Shown here: one piece after another, positions 11,905 to 23,871 of the stretch | How positions within the stretch are numbered: position 1 is the stretch's first letter | Layout of the letters: every line of letters begins with the position of its first letter | NCBI GenBank assembly: GCA_049322675.1 | Contig: JBMORM010000014.1 | Coordinates: forward strand, 15,896-79,895 | Length of the DNA: 64,000 bases | Origin: Patescibacteria group bacterium | GTDB lineage: Bacteria > Patescibacteriota > JAHJAL01 | Direction: 5' to 3' | Notes under the pieces: generated by a model | What the model saw: only the letters and a program-made list of their open reading frames with translations | Databases searched by the model: none | Told to the model about the DNA's origin: nothing | Translations under genes and position numbers: made by a program

Positions 11905-12068
11905 CAAATTTTTCAATTCTCAACTACTACTCCACATATTTGTCTTTTGCTCAATTTAAAAAGTAATGGCGTAACACTACGTCACTAATTTATTGAATTT
12001 ATTATTTAGTTCCAAGTTTTTAATTCTCAATTATTCAATATTGAAAATTAAAAATTGAAAATTAAATT
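11905..12068. repeat. Family A heptamer hairpin in the rpsL leader
   Basis: aatttttcaattctcaa ... ttgaaaattaaaaattgaaaatt with an internal hairpin (taatggcgta..tacgtcacta). Confidence 0.7.
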
Positions 12069-12074
12069 TTATAA

Positions 12075-12494
12075 ATGCCCACAATCAATCAGCTTATCAA
12101 AAATCGCACTTCTCGCCGTCAGAAATATAAAAAAAGTAAAACTCCGGCACTGGCCAAAGGATTTAACTCTTTGAAAAACCGTTCCGTAGAGTATCAAAGT
12201 CCATTCAAGCGTGGCTTCTGTCTCAAAGTACACACCATGACACCAAAAAAACCAAACTCAGCTTTGCGCAAAGTCGCCCGCGTACGTTTAACCAATGGCA
12301 TGGAAGTTACTGCCTATATTCCCGGAGAAGGCCACAATCTGCAGGAACATTCAGTAGTCATACTTCGTGGCGGACGTGTCAAAGATCTTCCCGGAGTGCG
12401 CTATCATGTTGTCCGCGGCAAACTCGACACAGGTGGAGTCAACGATCGTAAACAAAGCCGCAGCAAATACGGCGCCAAAAAACCAAAGAAATAA
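12075..12494 (+). CDS. rpsL: 30S ribosomal protein S12
   Basis: [22 protein letters not shown]. Confidence 0.99.
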   Translation: MPTINQLIKNRTSRRQKYKKSKTPALAKGFNSLKNRSVEYQSPFKRGFCLKVHTMTPKKPNSALRKVARVRLTNGMEVTAYIPGEGHNLQEHSVVILRGGRVKDLPGVRYHVVRGKLDTGGVNDRKQSRSKYGAKKPKK

Positions 12495-12496
12495 AT

Positions 12497-12574
12497 AGTT
12501 ACAAGTTTTCAAGTTATGAAGTTGAAAGTTAAAAAGAAGAATCTTTATAACTTTACAAACTTTCCAACTTTCAA
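12497..12574. repeat. Family B octamer hairpin, rpsL-rpsG junction
   Basis: caagttttcaagttatgaagttgaaagtt ... ataactttacaaactttccaactttcaa. Confidence 0.8.
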
Positions 12575-12622
12575 ATACATCGTTCATTGTTAATTATTAA
12601 TTATTAATTTAAATTATCCCCC

Positions 12623-13096
12623 ATGCCACGACGCAAAAGACCTTTCAAAAAAAACCGCCAAACCGACTCGAAATACAATAGCGTATTAGTCAACCGCATG
12701 ATCCAGATGATTATCTGGAAAGGAAAAAAAAGTGTAGCTCAGCGATTGGTTTATGGCGCGTTATCCGAATTAGAAAAAAAATCAAACAAGCCAGCCATGG
12801 AAGCACTCGAACAAGCGATCAAAAATGTTTCTCCAGTTTTGGAATTGAAAGCGCGCCGTATTGGTGGTTCCAATTATCAAGTCCCCGTCGAAGTCAAATC
12901 AGAAAGAGCCGTTACTCTCTCGCTACGCTGGTTAATTGCTGCCGCTCGCGAAAAATCCGGCAAATCTTTTGATATTTTGTTGGCCAACGAATTGTTGGAC
13001 GCTTTAAATACTACTGGTTCAGCAATCAAAAAACGCGAAGACACTCATCGTATGGCCGAAGCCAACAAGGCCTTTGCCTATTTAGCCAGATACTAG
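12623..13096 (+). CDS. rpsG: 30S ribosomal protein S7
   Basis: RRIGGSNYQVPVEV, HRMAEANKAFA. Confidence 0.99.
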   Translation: MPRRKRPFKKNRQTDSKYNSVLVNRMIQMIIWKGKKSVAQRLVYGALSELEKKSNKPAMEALEQAIKNVSPVLELKARRIGGSNYQVPVEVKSERAVTLSLRWLIAAAREKSGKSFDILLANELLDALNTTGSAIKKREDTHRMAEANKAFAYLARY

Positions 13097-13263
13097 TCCA
13101 TTTGCAAAACTCAAATTCAAAACAAAGATTGTAATTTTTTTCCTTTCGTTTTTTTGAGTTTTGTCCGCCAAGATAATATTTCTCCGGCGGATAATTTTTT
13201 TCTTACGCTAGCCGACAAACAACAAAAAATTTAATTATTCATTGTTAATTATTAATTCAAAAA

Positions 13264-15345
13264 ATGAGAGATTATATTTTAGAGAAAGTGCGCAACATCG
13301 GAACTATCGCCCATATTGATGCCGGTAAAACCACTGTTACCGAGGGTATCTTGTATATCACCGGTCGCATTCATAAAATCGGCGAAGTACACCAGGGTGA
13401 AACACAAATGGATTGGATGGAACAAGAAAAAGAACGTGGCATCACTATTACTTCTGCCGCCACTACCTGCTTTTGGAAAGATCATCGCATCAATATTATT
13501 GATACGCCTGGCCACGTTGATTTTACTGCCGAAGTCGAACGATCCCTTCGCGTGCTTGACGGAGCGGTTGTTATTTTTGATGGCAAAATGGGAGTCGAAC
13601 CTCAATCCGAAACGGTTTGGCGCCAAGCTGATAAATATCATGTTCCGCGTATTTGTTTTGTCAATAAAATAAATCAAACCGGTGGCGATTTCTATGCTTC
13701 CCTAAATTCTATCCGCGAACGTCTTAGCGCCAATGCATATCCAATCGCTCTACCGATTGGTTTTGAGAAAGAGATCAATGGCGTCGTGGATTTGGTTGAG
13801 TTAAAATCGTACACCTACAAAGATTACACAGATAAAGAGTTGACGATTGGAGAAGTTCCGGCTGATATGGCTGACAAAGTTAAACAATACCGCCAAGAAT
13901 TGATGGAAAAAGTTGTCGAAGCTGACGACGCCCTGATGGCCAAATATCTTGAAACCGGCGAATTGACTACCGAAGAATTCAAATCGGCTATTCGCAAAAG
14001 CGTTATCAGCGGAAATTTCTTCGCCATCATGGGCGGTGACGGTCGTGGCGTTATTGTCAATAAATTACTCGATGCCATCGTGGACTATTTACCGAGCCCG
14101 CTTGATCTTCCTCCTGTTGAAGGCCAATTACTTGATTCTGACGAAAAAATTTCTATCTCTCCCAATGATACCGATCCTTTTGCTGCTCTCGCTTTCAAAA
14201 TTGCCACTGATCCTTTTGTGGGTCGTCTTTGTTTTATTCGTGTTTATACCGGTGTTCTGCAGGCCGGCAGTTATATTCTAAATTCTTCCACGGGTAAAAA
14301 AGAAAGAGTCGGTCGTATCGTTCGCCTACACGCCAACAAAAGAGAAGATATAGATTCCGTCTATTCCGGTGAGATTGCCGCCATCGTAGGCATCAAAGAT
14401 ACTACAACCGGCGATACCGTCTGTGACGAAAAGAGACCTCTTACTCTCGAAAAAATTACCTTCCCCGAACCAGTCATCCGTGTCGCTATCGAACCAAAAA
14501 CCAAAGCCGACCAAGACAAACTAGGTATTGCTTTAGTTAAACTAGCCGAAGAAGATCCAACCTTCCGCATCAATACCGATGAAGAAACCGGTCAAACTAT
14601 TATCGCCGGTATGGGAGAGCTTCATTTGGAAATTATCGTTGATCGTTTGCGCCGGGAATTCAAAGTAGAAGCCAATGTTGGCGCACCCCAAGTCGCCTTC
14701 CGTGAAAGTATCAAAAAATCAGTTGAACAAGAAGGTAAATTTATCCGTCAATCAGGCGGTCGTGGTCAATACGGTCACGTTTATCTTCGACTGGAACCGC
14801 TTGAGCCCGGCAAAGGTTTTGAATTTGAAAATGCTATTGTCGGCGGAGTTGTTCCCAAAGAATATATATCAGCCGTTGAAAAAGGAGTCGTTGAAGCTTG
14901 CAATCGTGGCGTTTTGGCCGGATATCCTGTTGTTGACGTCAAAGTTACCATTTTTGATGGTTCCTACCACGAAGTTGACTCTTCAGAAATGGCTTTCAAA
15001 GTCGCCGGTTCCATGGCCCTACAAGATGGTGTCCGAAAAGCTGATCCTGTCATTCTCGAACCAATTATGTCTGTTGAAGTTATTACCCCCGAAGATTTCA
15101 TGGGCGATGTAATGGGTGATCTCAACTCCAAACGTGGGCAAATCACCAGTATGACTGACCGTTCGCAAGCCAAAGTTGTTGCCGCCAAAGTACCTCTTTC
15201 CGAAATGTTTGGATATGCCACTACTTTACGTTCCATGACTCAAGGTCGTGCTTTCTTTACTATGGAACCTTCACATTATGCCGAAGTCCCACGCAATATC
15301 GCCGACGAAATAATCAGCAAACGTTCTCCCGCCCCGCAGAAATAA
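13264..15345 (+). CDS. fusA: Elongation factor G
   Basis: [26 protein letters not shown]. Confidence 0.99.
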   Translation: MRDYILEKVRNIGTIAHIDAGKTTVTEGILYITGRIHKIGEVHQGETQMDWMEQEKERGITITSAATTCFWKDHRINIIDTPGHVDFTAEVERSLRVLDGAVVIFDGKMGVEPQSETVWRQADKYHVPRICFVNKINQTGGDFYASLNSIRERLSANAYPIALPIGFEKEINGVVDLVELKSYTYKDYTDKELTIGEVPADMADKVKQYRQELMEKVVEADDALMAKYLETGELTTEEFKSAIRKSVISGNFFAIMGGDGRGVIVNKLLDAIVDYLPSPLDLPPVEGQLLDSDEKISISPNDTDPFAALAFKIATDPFVGRLCFIRVYTGVLQAGSYILNSSTGKKERVGRIVRLHANKREDIDSVYSGEIAAIVGIKDTTTGDTVCDEKRPLTLEKITFPEPVIRVAIEPKTKADQDKLGIALVKLAEEDPTFRINTDEETGQTIIAGMGELHLEIIVDRLRREFKVEANVGAPQVAFRESIKKSVEQEGKFIRQSGGRGQYGHVYLRLEPLEPGKGFEFENAIVGGVVPKEYISAVEKGVVEACNRGVLAGYPVVDVKVTIFDGSYHEVDSSEMAFKVAGSMALQDGVRKADPVILEPIMSVEVITPEDFMGDVMGDLNSKRGQITSMTDRSQAKVVAAKVPLSEMFGYATTLRSMTQGRAFFTMEPSHYAEVPRNIADEIISKRSPAPQK

Positions 15346-15348
15346 TTT

Positions 15349-15460
15349 GAGTTTACAAAGTTGAAAGTTATTAAGTCAGATGCTTATATAGTTTCAAATT
15401 TTTATACATTCACGTTTCGTCTCCAACTTCACAACTTGATAACTTTACAACTTTCAACTA
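15349..15460. repeat. Family B octamer hairpin, fusA-tuf junction
   Basis: aaagttgaaagttattaagtc ... caacttcacaacttgataactttacaactttcaact. Confidence 0.8.
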
Positions 15461-15693
15461 ATATCACTATTTCAAGAAAAAAATAAGCCAAAAATATTTT
15501 TGCTCGACATCAATTTGTCTGTAATATAAAAAGTTCTTGGTTTTGTTTTGCTGACTATGTTATTATTGTTGTAGTTGTCTCAACTGCTGTTAAAATTTTA
15601 TTTATATATTCTTAAATTATTATCATCTAACTTACATCTTCACTTTTTTAAAAAAATTTTTTAAAAAAAGAAAGTAAGAAAGGAGTATTTCAC

Positions 15694-16896
15694 ATGGCAG
15701 ACACAAAATTTGATCGTTCCAAGCCTCATCTCAACATTGGTACAATTGGTCACGTCGATCACGGTAAAACCACATTGACCGCCGCTATCACTTTAGTTTT
15801 AGACAAACACCAAGCTGAAGGTTACGGTTCTCGTCCCGAAAAATATGACCAAATCGACAACGCCCCCGAAGAAAAAGAACGTGGTATCACTATTGCCACG
15901 CATCATTCCGAATATTGGACTCCAAAAAGACACTATGCCCACGTTGATTGTCCTGGTCATGCTGACTACATTAAAAACATGATTACCGGCGCCGCTCAAA
16001 TGGACGGAGCTATCTTGGTTGTTTCCGCCGCCGACGGTCCGATGCCTCAAACTCGCGAACATATTTTGTTAGCTAGCCAAGTCAATGTTCCGCATATCGT
16101 TGTTTTCTTAAACAAAGTTGACATGGTGGACGATCCAGAATTGATCGACTTGGTTGAAGTTGAAATTCGTGAATTATTAACCAAATACGGATTCCCAGGC
16201 GATACTGTTCCGATTATTCGCGGTTCTGCTTTGAAGGCCATGGAAAATTCCGGCGATCCAGAAATTTCCAAACCAATTTTTGATCTCATCAACACTATTG
16301 ACGAATTTATTCCGGAACCACAACGTCAAGTTGATAAACCATTCCTGATGCCTATCGAAGATATTTTTACCATCGAGGGTCGCGGTACTGTTGTTACTGG
16401 TCGTATTGATCGAGGTATTGTCAAGATAAACGAAGAAATCGAAATAATTGGTATTTCAGATACTCAAAAAACTGTCGTTACTGGTATCGAAATGTTCAAC
16501 AAATCTCTTGACGAAGGTCGTGCTGGTGACAACGCAGGTATCTTGCTTAGAGGCATCAAAAAAGAAGACGTTGCTCGCGGACAAGTATTGGCCAAACCTG
16601 GCAGTATTTTACCGCATAGTGAATTCGAAGCTGAGACTTATATCCTAACCAAAGAAGAAGGCGGACGACATACTCCATTCTTCAAAGGGTATAAACCGCA
16701 ATTCTATATTCGAACCACTGACGTTACTGGCGAAGTATTCCTACCGGAAGGTTCCGAAATGATTATGCCTGGTGATACTGTCAATATCAAAGTCAAATTG
16801 ATTGCCCCAATCGCCCTCGAAGAAGGATCCAAATTTGCTATCCGTGAAGGTGGCAAAACCGTCGGTGCCGGAGTTGTTACCAAAATTATCGCTTAA
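15694..16896 (+). CDS. tuf: Elongation factor Tu
   Basis: [21 protein letters not shown]; SD aaggag upstream. Confidence 0.99.
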   Translation: MADTKFDRSKPHLNIGTIGHVDHGKTTLTAAITLVLDKHQAEGYGSRPEKYDQIDNAPEEKERGITIATHHSEYWTPKRHYAHVDCPGHADYIKNMITGAAQMDGAILVVSAADGPMPQTREHILLASQVNVPHIVVFLNKVDMVDDPELIDLVEVEIRELLTKYGFPGDTVPIIRGSALKAMENSGDPEISKPIFDLINTIDEFIPEPQRQVDKPFLMPIEDIFTIEGRGTVVTGRIDRGIVKINEEIEIIGISDTQKTVVTGIEMFNKSLDEGRAGDNAGILLRGIKKEDVARGQVLAKPGSILPHSEFEAETYILTKEEGGRHTPFFKGYKPQFYIRTTDVTGEVFLPEGSEMIMPGDTVNIKVKLIAPIALEEGSKFAIREGGKTVGAGVVTKIIA

Positions 16897-17052
16897 TCTC
16901 TCTTGTAAGTTTGATTGCTTAAAGGGGAGGAATGTAATCTTTTACCTTCTTCCCCTCTTGTTGCCTCTATGCAAATATTTAAAATCTAAAATTATAACTC
17001 ACATCATAGTTGTAATTTTATATTTTACATTTTTGTCTTAACAAATAAAGCC

Positions 17053-17382
17053 ATGACGACGAACGCCAATACTACTGATCAACAACGAATCCGTATCAAA
17101 ATCAAAGCCTACGATCATCGCGTTATTGATAATTCTGTCAAACAGATTATCAAAACCGCCAGCCGTACCGGCGCCAAAATCAACGGTCCTATTCCTCTGC
17201 CGGTTGAAAAATCCAATTATACTGTCTTGCGTTCCACCTTTATTGACAAAAACTCCCGGGAACAATTTGAAATGAGAATTCATAAACGACTTATTGATAT
17301 TTTAAATCCCACTCCCAAAACCATCGACGCTCTCATGAATCTTGGTTTACCAGCCGGTGTTGATGTCGAAATAAAAATGTAA
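17053..17382 (+). CDS. rpsJ: 30S ribosomal protein S10
   Basis: [30 protein letters not shown]. Confidence 0.99.
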   Translation: MTTNANTTDQQRIRIKIKAYDHRVIDNSVKQIIKTASRTGAKINGPIPLPVEKSNYTVLRSTFIDKNSREQFEMRIHKRLIDILNPTPKTIDALMNLGLPAGVDVEIKM

Positions 17383-17411
17383 TTTTCAACTTAATATCCA
17401 ATATCTACTCT

Positions 17412-18008
17412 ATGAAAATACTCCTCGGTAAAAAAATTGGCATGACTACTCTGATAGCTGATTCCGGCAAAATTGAACCGGCCACTATCATCGAAGCCGG
17501 ACCATGTATCGTTACTCAAATCAAAAATCTCGCTAAAAAATCTTTTCAAATCGGTTATGGTGCCACCAAAAAAAACACCAAAGCTATTTCTGGTCACCTC
17601 AAAGGAAAGACACTAAAGTATTTGCGGGAATTTCCCCTAGACGAGGAAAATTCGGAAATATATCAAGCTGACGCCACCATTGATCTTTCAATCTTCGATA
17701 CCAAAAAAACAGTTGATATTACTGGAACCTCCAAAGGGAAGGGATTTGCTGGAACCGTCAAAAGATACAACTTTAGCATTGGACCAAAAAGTCATGGTTC
17801 CAAACATCACCGTCGTGTTGGCTCTACCGGTTGTCGCTTTCCTCAACATACTATCAAAGGTCGTCGCATGCCGGGAAGAATGGGTAACGAACAAGTCACC
17901 ACAAAACATTTATCAATTCTGCGAATCGAAACCGACAAGAATCTTCTTATTGTTCGCGGCGCTGTTCCAGGAACCAAAAATAGACTTGTAGTTATAAAAC
18001 AACATTAA
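17412..18008 (+). CDS. rplC: 50S ribosomal protein L3
   Basis: GKKIGMT, SKGKGFAG, GAVPG. Confidence 0.98.
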   Translation: MKILLGKKIGMTTLIADSGKIEPATIIEAGPCIVTQIKNLAKKSFQIGYGATKKNTKAISGHLKGKTLKYLREFPLDEENSEIYQADATIDLSIFDTKKTVDITGTSKGKGFAGTVKRYNFSIGPKSHGSKHHRRVGSTGCRFPQHTIKGRRMPGRMGNEQVTTKHLSILRIETDKNLLIVRGAVPGTKNRLVVIKQH

Positions 18009-18047
18009 TTTTTTCACCGATATTAACCGCTTTTAATAACCAATCAC

Positions 18048-18728
18048 ATGGCAGCTCGTTCAACTAAAATCAAGAATACTGACAAATTAACTGTACCGAT
18101 TTTTGATAGCAAAGGACAAAGTCAAAACAATTTGGATATCAACGAATATTTTTCCCAAAAAGAACTGACGTCCGGATTCAATCCAAGTTTTGTTCATCAA
18201 ACTGTTCTGGCCTATCACAACAATCTCAGACAAGCTACCGCCAAAACCAAAACTCGCGCCGAAGTGTCCGGTGGTGGCAAAAAACCATGGCGTCAAAAAG
18301 GTACCGGTCGGGCTCGTCAAGGTTCTATTCGTTCTCCACAATGGCGTAAAGGTGGAGTTGTATTCGGACCAACCGGCTCTCAAAATTTTTCCGTCAAACT
18401 CAATTCTCGGGTCAAAGCCAAAGCCATGCGTTTTGCTCTACTCGATTTATTAAACCAAGAAAAATTGGTAATCATTGATAATCTACCCGCTATCAAATCA
18501 ACTAAAGATTTGAAGCATTTTCTCAAACAATACAGTATTAGTCAGAAAAATCTCCTCGGCCTAGAACTAAAAGACTTGTTATACTTTCAATTTGCTGCTA
18601 ACTTAGATATTGTGTATCCAAAACTAATCAACCAAATAAATCCGTTGGATTTGTTTCGTTGTCAGACATTCATATGTTCGCAAGAATCATTCACTAATCT
18701 ATTAAAACGAGTAAAAGCCAGTAAATAA
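18048..18728 (+). CDS. rplD: 50S ribosomal protein L4
   Basis: KPWRQKGTGRARQGSIRSPQW. Confidence 0.98.
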   Translation: MAARSTKIKNTDKLTVPIFDSKGQSQNNLDINEYFSQKELTSGFNPSFVHQTVLAYHNNLRQATAKTKTRAEVSGGGKKPWRQKGTGRARQGSIRSPQWRKGGVVFGPTGSQNFSVKLNSRVKAKAMRFALLDLLNQEKLVIIDNLPAIKSTKDLKHFLKQYSISQKNLLGLELKDLLYFQFAANLDIVYPKLINQINPLDLFRCQTFICSQESFTNLLKRVKASK

Positions 18729-18736
18729 TTTCTTCT

Positions 18737-19015
18737 ATGCTCAATATTATCATCAAACCAGTCATCACTGAAAAAAGTCTTTTTTATGCCGCTTCCCAAA
18801 GATACTCTTTTTTTATTCATCCCAAAGCGAATAAGTATCAGGTCAAATCGGCTATCAAACAGGCCTTCAAAGTTGATGTTGAAACCGTACGCATTGTCAA
18901 TGTCAAGTCAAAAAAACGCCGTCGCGGTCGTTTTGTCGGTCAAACGGCGGCCGCCAAGAAAGCCATTGTTACTCTTGCCAAAGACCAAAAAATTGAATTT
19001 TTTGATAAACTTTAA
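18737..19015 (+). CDS. rplW: 50S ribosomal protein L23
   Basis: PVITEKS, KKAIVTL; synteny. Confidence 0.97.
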   Translation: MLNIIIKPVITEKSLFYAASQRYSFFIHPKANKYQVKSAIKQAFKVDVETVRIVNVKSKKRRRGRFVGQTAAAKKAIVTLAKDQKIEFFDKL

Positions 19016-19038
19016 ACCTCATTTTCTAATTAATTCTT

Positions 19039-19872
19039 ATGTCTGTTAAATCATTTAGACCAAATACGCCCGGCCGTCGTCAAATGACAATGCTGGTCAA
19101 CAATACAATTACTGTTTCCAAGCCAACCAAAAAATTGTTGGTTCCTCTCAAAAAAAACGCAGGACGCAACAATCGCGGTATTATTACTTGTCGCCATCGT
19201 GGCGGTGGATCTCGCAGGCAATACCGTCTAATTGATTTCAAGGGAAACAAACTCAATATTTCCGGCACAATCAAATCAATCGAATACGATCCAAATCGCT
19301 CTGCCAATATCGCTCTCGTCTGTTATCCTGATGGTGACAAAAGATACATGATTGCTCCTGAAGGATTAAAAACTGGAGACAAAGTTATCGTCAGCCCCAA
19401 AGCTGAATTAAAAATTGGCAATCGACTGCAACTAAAAAATATTCCTACCGGTTTCAATATTCACAACATCGAACTCTCTCCTCAGCGCGGTGGACAAATA
19501 GTCCGTTCTGCCGGTTCTTCCGCAATGGTTATCGGCCGAGACGGTTCCAAAATTCAAGTTAAATTACCTTCTTCGTCTATTATCCTTATTCCCGAAGATT
19601 GCATGGCTACGATTGGTCAAGTCTCCAACTTGGATCATTCCAATGTCAAAATTGGCAAGGCTGGACGCACTAGACATTTTGGTCGCCGCCCGAAAGTACG
19701 TGGTAAAGTAATGAATCCAGTTGATCATCCGCATGGTGGAGGTGAAGGGCGCAATTCAATCGGTCTCAAGTATGCCAAGACCCCCTGGGGCGCTCACGCT
19801 TTGGGTGTCAAAACTAGAAAAATGCGCAAATATTCACAAACTCGCATTATCAAAGATCGTCGTAAAAAATAA
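19039..19872 (+). CDS. rplB: 50S ribosomal protein L2
   Basis: EYDPNRSA, MNPVDHPHGGGEG. Confidence 0.99.
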   Translation: MSVKSFRPNTPGRRQMTMLVNNTITVSKPTKKLLVPLKKNAGRNNRGIITCRHRGGGSRRQYRLIDFKGNKLNISGTIKSIEYDPNRSANIALVCYPDGDKRYMIAPEGLKTGDKVIVSPKAELKIGNRLQLKNIPTGFNIHNIELSPQRGGQIVRSAGSSAMVIGRDGSKIQVKLPSSSIILIPEDCMATIGQVSNLDHSNVKIGKAGRTRHFGRRPKVRGKVMNPVDHPHGGGEGRNSIGLKYAKTPWGAHALGVKTRKMRKYSQTRIIKDRRKK

Positions 19873-19910
19873 CAATTTACCTATATTTTTAGATATTTAA
19901 AATTTAACAC

Positions 19911-20231
19911 ATGTCTCGTTCACTAAAAAAAGGACCATTCTGCGAACCAAAACTTTTAAAAAGGATTAGAGCTCTCAAGCCGGGAGATAAGACAGTATTA
20001 AAAACTTGGTCGCGCGCCAGTGTAATCTATCCCGATTTTGTTGGCTTTACTGTTGCTGTTCACAATGGCAAGGATCATATTCCAGTATATGTTTCGGAAA
20101 ATATGGTCGGTCACAAATTTGGTGAATTTGCTCCTACCAGAAAATTTCGTGGACATGGTGGAAAAATGGCTAAAGAACAAGCCAAATCAGCCGCTCCTGC
20201 ATCAGCTCCGGCCGCTCCCGCCAAAAAATAA
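19911..20231 (+). CDS. rpsS: 30S ribosomal protein S19 with Ala/Pro tail
   Basis: [21 protein letters not shown]. Confidence 0.99.
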   Translation: MSRSLKKGPFCEPKLLKRIRALKPGDKTVLKTWSRASVIYPDFVGFTVAVHNGKDHIPVYVSENMVGHKFGEFAPTRKFRGHGGKMAKEQAKSAAPASAPAAPAKK

Positions 20232-20258
20232 TTAAATTTCTTATTAATAACAATTCCC

Positions 20259-20765
20259 ATGACCGAAGTAATTGCAAAAACCCGTTTCGCTCAATCAGCT
20301 CCTCGCAAACTACGCGCGGTTGCCAAACTGGTAAAAAGCAAACCCGCCTTCCCTTCACTGACTACTCTCCAATTCACTCCCAAAAAAGCAGCCAAAGTAT
20401 TGGCAAAAACTCTGAAAACAGCTATTTACAATGCTGTCAACAACTTCAACTACGACAAAAAAGATTTGATAATCAAAAATATCTTGATCGATCAAGGACC
20501 AACACTTGTCCGTTTTATTGCTATGGCAAGAGGTTCCGGCAATTCTTATAAAAAAAGAACTTCTCATATTACTGTTATCCTGGAAGTAGTCGAACCAGTT
20601 TCTATTACCAAAACACCCGCAAAAAAAGCCGATTCTCCAGCTAAAACTGTTACCAAAAAAACTTCCAGCAAATCAAAAGCTACCAAGAAAGATACTGCAA
20701 AAGCAAAAGGTGCCAAAACAACTGTTTCTGTCCGTTCTCGTCGCACTCCTAAACCAAAAAAATAA
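20259..20765 (+). CDS. rplV: 50S ribosomal protein L22 with Lys/Thr-rich tail
   Basis: APRKLR, DQGPTL, KRTSHITV. Confidence 0.97.
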   Translation: MTEVIAKTRFAQSAPRKLRAVAKLVKSKPAFPSLTTLQFTPKKAAKVLAKTLKTAIYNAVNNFNYDKKDLIIKNILIDQGPTLVRFIAMARGSGNSYKKRTSHITVILEVVEPVSITKTPAKKADSPAKTVTKKTSSKSKATKKDTAKAKGAKTTVSVRSRRTPKPKK

Positions 20766-20803
20766 TTTCTTCTTTATTATTTGTAAATTTTTAACTAAGC
20801 CTC

Positions 20804-21466
20804 ATGGGTCAAAAAGTACATCCTTATATTTTCCGTCTTGGTATGATTAATGATTGGAAATCAAAGTGGTTTTCCAGTAAAAACTACCGACAATTTTTAC
20901 ACCAGGATTTGAAAATCAAAAAATTTATCAACAAAAAATTGGCTCACGCCGGTCTTGCCGATATTATTATTGAACGTTCCGCTGGACAAATTACTATCAA
21001 TATCCACACCGCACGCCCCGGCATCATTATCGGACGAGGGGGCACTGGAGTTGATGAGCTAAAAAAAGAACTTCAAAAGATTCTCTTACCCTCAGACAAA
21101 ATTCAACTAAATATAATCGAAGTCCGTCAACCCGATACCGTCGCTACTTTAGTTGCTCAAAATATCGCCAGTCAGATTGAAAAAAGAATCCCTTACAAAA
21201 GAGCGATCAAACAAGCCATCGAACGCGCTCTGCAAGCAAGAGTCGAAGGTATTAAAGTGATTGTAAAAGGTCGTCTCAATAACGTTGATATTGCCCGCTG
21301 TGAAACTTTTGCCAAAGGAAAAATTCCTCTTCATACCATTCGCGCCAATATTGACTACTGTAGTTTACCCGCCTTTACCGCCACATCAGGAAAAGTTGGA
21401 GTGAAAGTATGGATATACAAAGGTGAACATTTTAGAACAGACAAAATTAATCAACCGCAAGCTTAA
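20804..21466 (+). CDS. rpsC: 30S ribosomal protein S3
   Basis: MGQKVHP, ARPGIIIGRGG, PLHTIRANIDY. Confidence 0.99.
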   Translation: MGQKVHPYIFRLGMINDWKSKWFSSKNYRQFLHQDLKIKKFINKKLAHAGLADIIIERSAGQITINIHTARPGIIIGRGGTGVDELKKELQKILLPSDKIQLNIIEVRQPDTVATLVAQNIASQIEKRIPYKRAIKQAIERALQARVEGIKVIVKGRLNNVDIARCETFAKGKIPLHTIRANIDYCSLPAFTATSGKVGVKVWIYKGEHFRTDKINQPQA

Positions 21467-21477
21467 TCTAAATTCAT

Positions 21478-21882
21478 ATGTTACTTCCCAAGAAACTCAA
21501 ATATCGAAAACGACAAACAGGTTCCTTCAAAGGAGTCTCTATCGCCGGCTCACAATTAAATTTCGGCAAATTTGGTTTAAAAGCACTGGAGAGATCCTTT
21601 GTTACTTCCCGCCAAATAGAAGCTGCCCGCCGTGCTATGACTCGTTTTATTCAAAGAGGAGGACAAATTTGGATTCGGGTATTTCCCGATCAACCGATTA
21701 CCAAAAAACCCAATGAAGTCCGCATGGGTTCAGGAAAAGGAGCAGTTGATCACTACTCAGTTCGTATCTTGCCAGGACGAATAATGTTCGAAATCGATGG
21801 TCTTCCACCGGAAACCGCCAAACGTGCTCTTGTTTTAGCCTCTCACAAATTACCAATCAAGACAAAAATTGTCATCAAATAA
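21478..21882 (+). CDS. rplP: 50S ribosomal protein L16
   Basis: QIEAARRA, RMGSGKG. Confidence 0.99.
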   Translation: MLLPKKLKYRKRQTGSFKGVSIAGSQLNFGKFGLKALERSFVTSRQIEAARRAMTRFIQRGGQIWIRVFPDQPITKKPNEVRMGSGKGAVDHYSVRILPGRIMFEIDGLPPETAKRALVLASHKLPIKTKIVIK

Positions 21883-21897
21883 TATTTTCTATATACT

Positions 21898-22107
21898 ATG
21901 AAAGCAGCCCAAATACGTCAAAAGAACACCGAAGAATTACTCAAATTACTTACCGATAGCTATGAGCAATTGCGAGATTTTCGCTTTCAGGCTTCTATTC
22001 GTAAACTTAAAAATGTTAAACAGATCAACGCCGTCAAAAAAGACGTCGCGCGCATTCTTACTATCTTAATCGAGAGAAACAATCAAAATGAGCAACCAAG
22101 TAACTAA
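21898..22107 (+). CDS. rpmC: 50S ribosomal protein L29
   Basis: LRDFRFQ, KKDVARILT; synteny. Confidence 0.96.
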   Translation: MKAAQIRQKNTEELLKLLTDSYEQLRDFRFQASIRKLKNVKQINAVKKDVARILTILIERNNQNEQPSN

Positions 22108-22369
22108 AACTCAAAAAGGACGAGTCGTTTCCGCCAAAATGGATAAAACCGTTGTCGTCCGTGTCGATCGATATGCCCGTCACCCAAAATATCTCAAACG
22201 CTACTTGATTAGTAAAAAATATTTTGCCCATAATCACAACAACAAAGCCAAACTCGGCGACACAGTAATTATTAAAGAATCTAGACCGTTAAGTCGCTTG
22301 AAACGTTGGACTGTCCAAGAAATAGTTGCCTCCGCTTCCATCGTCGATTCTACCGCCACCAAAGAATAA
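22088..22369 (+). CDS. rpsQ: 30S ribosomal protein S17
   Basis: GRVVSAKMDKTVVV, ESRPLS. Confidence 0.98.
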   Translation: MSNQVTKTQKGRVVSAKMDKTVVVRVDRYARHPKYLKRYLISKKYFAHNHNNKAKLGDTVIIKESRPLSRLKRWTVQEIVASASIVDSTATKE

Positions 22370-22465
22370 TTTTCTTCATATTTCTAGATATCTCAACGAA
22401 ATATTGTTTGAAAATTACAAATTATAAATTGAAAATTATTCCTTAGATTATTAATTTCTTTTCCC

Positions 22466-22837
22466 ATGATTCAACAACAAACCAGATTAAAAGTCGCTGA
22501 CAATACCGGCGCCAAAGAAATAATGTGTATCAAAGTTATCGGAGGCACCAGACGTCGTTATGCCACCATTGGTGACGTAATTATCGCCTCTGTAAAAGAC
22601 GCCATTCCCGGCGGCGGCGTTGTAAAAAGAAAAGAAGTAGTAAGAGCGGTTATCGTTCGTCAATGTCGCAACCTTGTTCGACCCGATGGCTCATCTATTC
22701 GTTTCGACGAAAACGCAGCCGTTATTGTCGATAAAGACAACCAACCTCGCGGTACTCGTATTTTCGGTCCAGTTGCTCGCGAACTTCGTGAAAAACAATT
22801 TAGCAAGATTATTTCACTCGCCCCGGAAGTCCTCTAA
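22466..22837 (+). CDS. rplN: 50S ribosomal protein L14
   Basis: [20 protein letters not shown]. Confidence 0.99.
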   Translation: MIQQQTRLKVADNTGAKEIMCIKVIGGTRRRYATIGDVIIASVKDAIPGGGVVKRKEVVRAVIVRQCRNLVRPDGSSIRFDENAAVIVDKDNQPRGTRIFGPVARELREKQFSKIISLAPEVL

Positions 22838-22876
22838 TCATTTTAAATTCAATTAAATTAAAAAGTCGAATATCCC

Positions 22877-23209
22877 ATGAACAAAGTCAAAAAATTCAAA
22901 AAGAACGACCAGATAATTGTTGTCAAAGGAAAAGATAAAGGTAAAAAAGGTACTATTCTCAAAGTACTGCCGCTAACTCACAAAGTCGTTGTCGAAGGAA
23001 TCAATATTCTCAAAAAAAATACCCGCCCCAGCAAAAAAAACATGCAAGGTGGAATTATTGATATCAATCATCCCATTCCGGTTTCCAATATCCGCCTTCT
23101 TTGTCCAGAAACAGGAAAACCAACCCGAGTTGGTTTCAAAATTACCCGTGGCGGCCAAAAAGAACGCATTGCCAAATCTTCCGGCGCCTCTCTTGATATT
23201 AAAAAATAA
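22877..23209 (+). CDS. rplX: 50S ribosomal protein L24
   Basis: KOW motif GKDKGKKG, VEGIN. Confidence 0.98.
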   Translation: MNKVKKFKKNDQIIVVKGKDKGKKGTILKVLPLTHKVVVEGINILKKNTRPSKKNMQGGIIDINHPIPVSNIRLLCPETGKPTRVGFKITRGGQKERIAKSSGASLDIKK

Positions 23210-23254
23210 CCATCACCCCGTTTATTAATTGTTAATTATTAATTGTTAATTATT

Positions 23255-23803
23255 ATGTCCCGTCTATTAATCAAATATCGATCAGAAATTGCCCCAAAAT
23301 TACAAAAAGAATTTGGGTTGAGTTCGATTATGGCTGTCCCGAAAATGACAAAAATTGTTATTTCTTCCGGTGCCGGTCAAGCCATTGAAAACCCCAAGTT
23401 TATCGATACTATCAAAAAGACTCTTACCGATATTACCGGCCAAGCGCCAGTCGTTACTCGTGCCAAAAAAGCTATCGCCGGTTTTAAACTCCGTGCCAAT
23501 TTGCCTATCGGAGTTATGGTTACTCTCCGCCACAGTCGAATGTATGAATTTTTGGATAGGTTTATTAATGCTTCAATGGGCCGTATTCGCGATTTTCATG
23601 GCATTTCCCCAAAATCTTTTGATTCTTCCGGCAATCTCAACATTGGCATTAAAGAACACAATATCTTTCCGGAAATATCGACCGAAAATCTGGAAAATAT
23701 GCATGGTTTACAAGTTACAATCGTTTTCAATTCCAAGAATCGCGATCACAATTTCCGCCTAATGCAAGAATTGGGCCTTCCATTTGAAAAATCTGCAAAA
23801 TAA
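23255..23803 (+). CDS. rplE: 50S ribosomal protein L5
   Basis: ITGQAP, FKLRANLPIG, RIRDFHG; ATG at 23255. Confidence 0.98.
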   Translation: MSRLLIKYRSEIAPKLQKEFGLSSIMAVPKMTKIVISSGAGQAIENPKFIDTIKKTLTDITGQAPVVTRAKKAIAGFKLRANLPIGVMVTLRHSRMYEFLDRFINASMGRIRDFHGISPKSFDSSGNLNIGIKEHNIFPEISTENLENMHGLQVTIVFNSKNRDHNFRLMQELGLPFEKSAK

Positions 23804-23871
23804 TCTTATTATCTATTTATTACTACATTTCCATTGAAAATTGGAAATTGAAAATTGGAAATTAATATTTT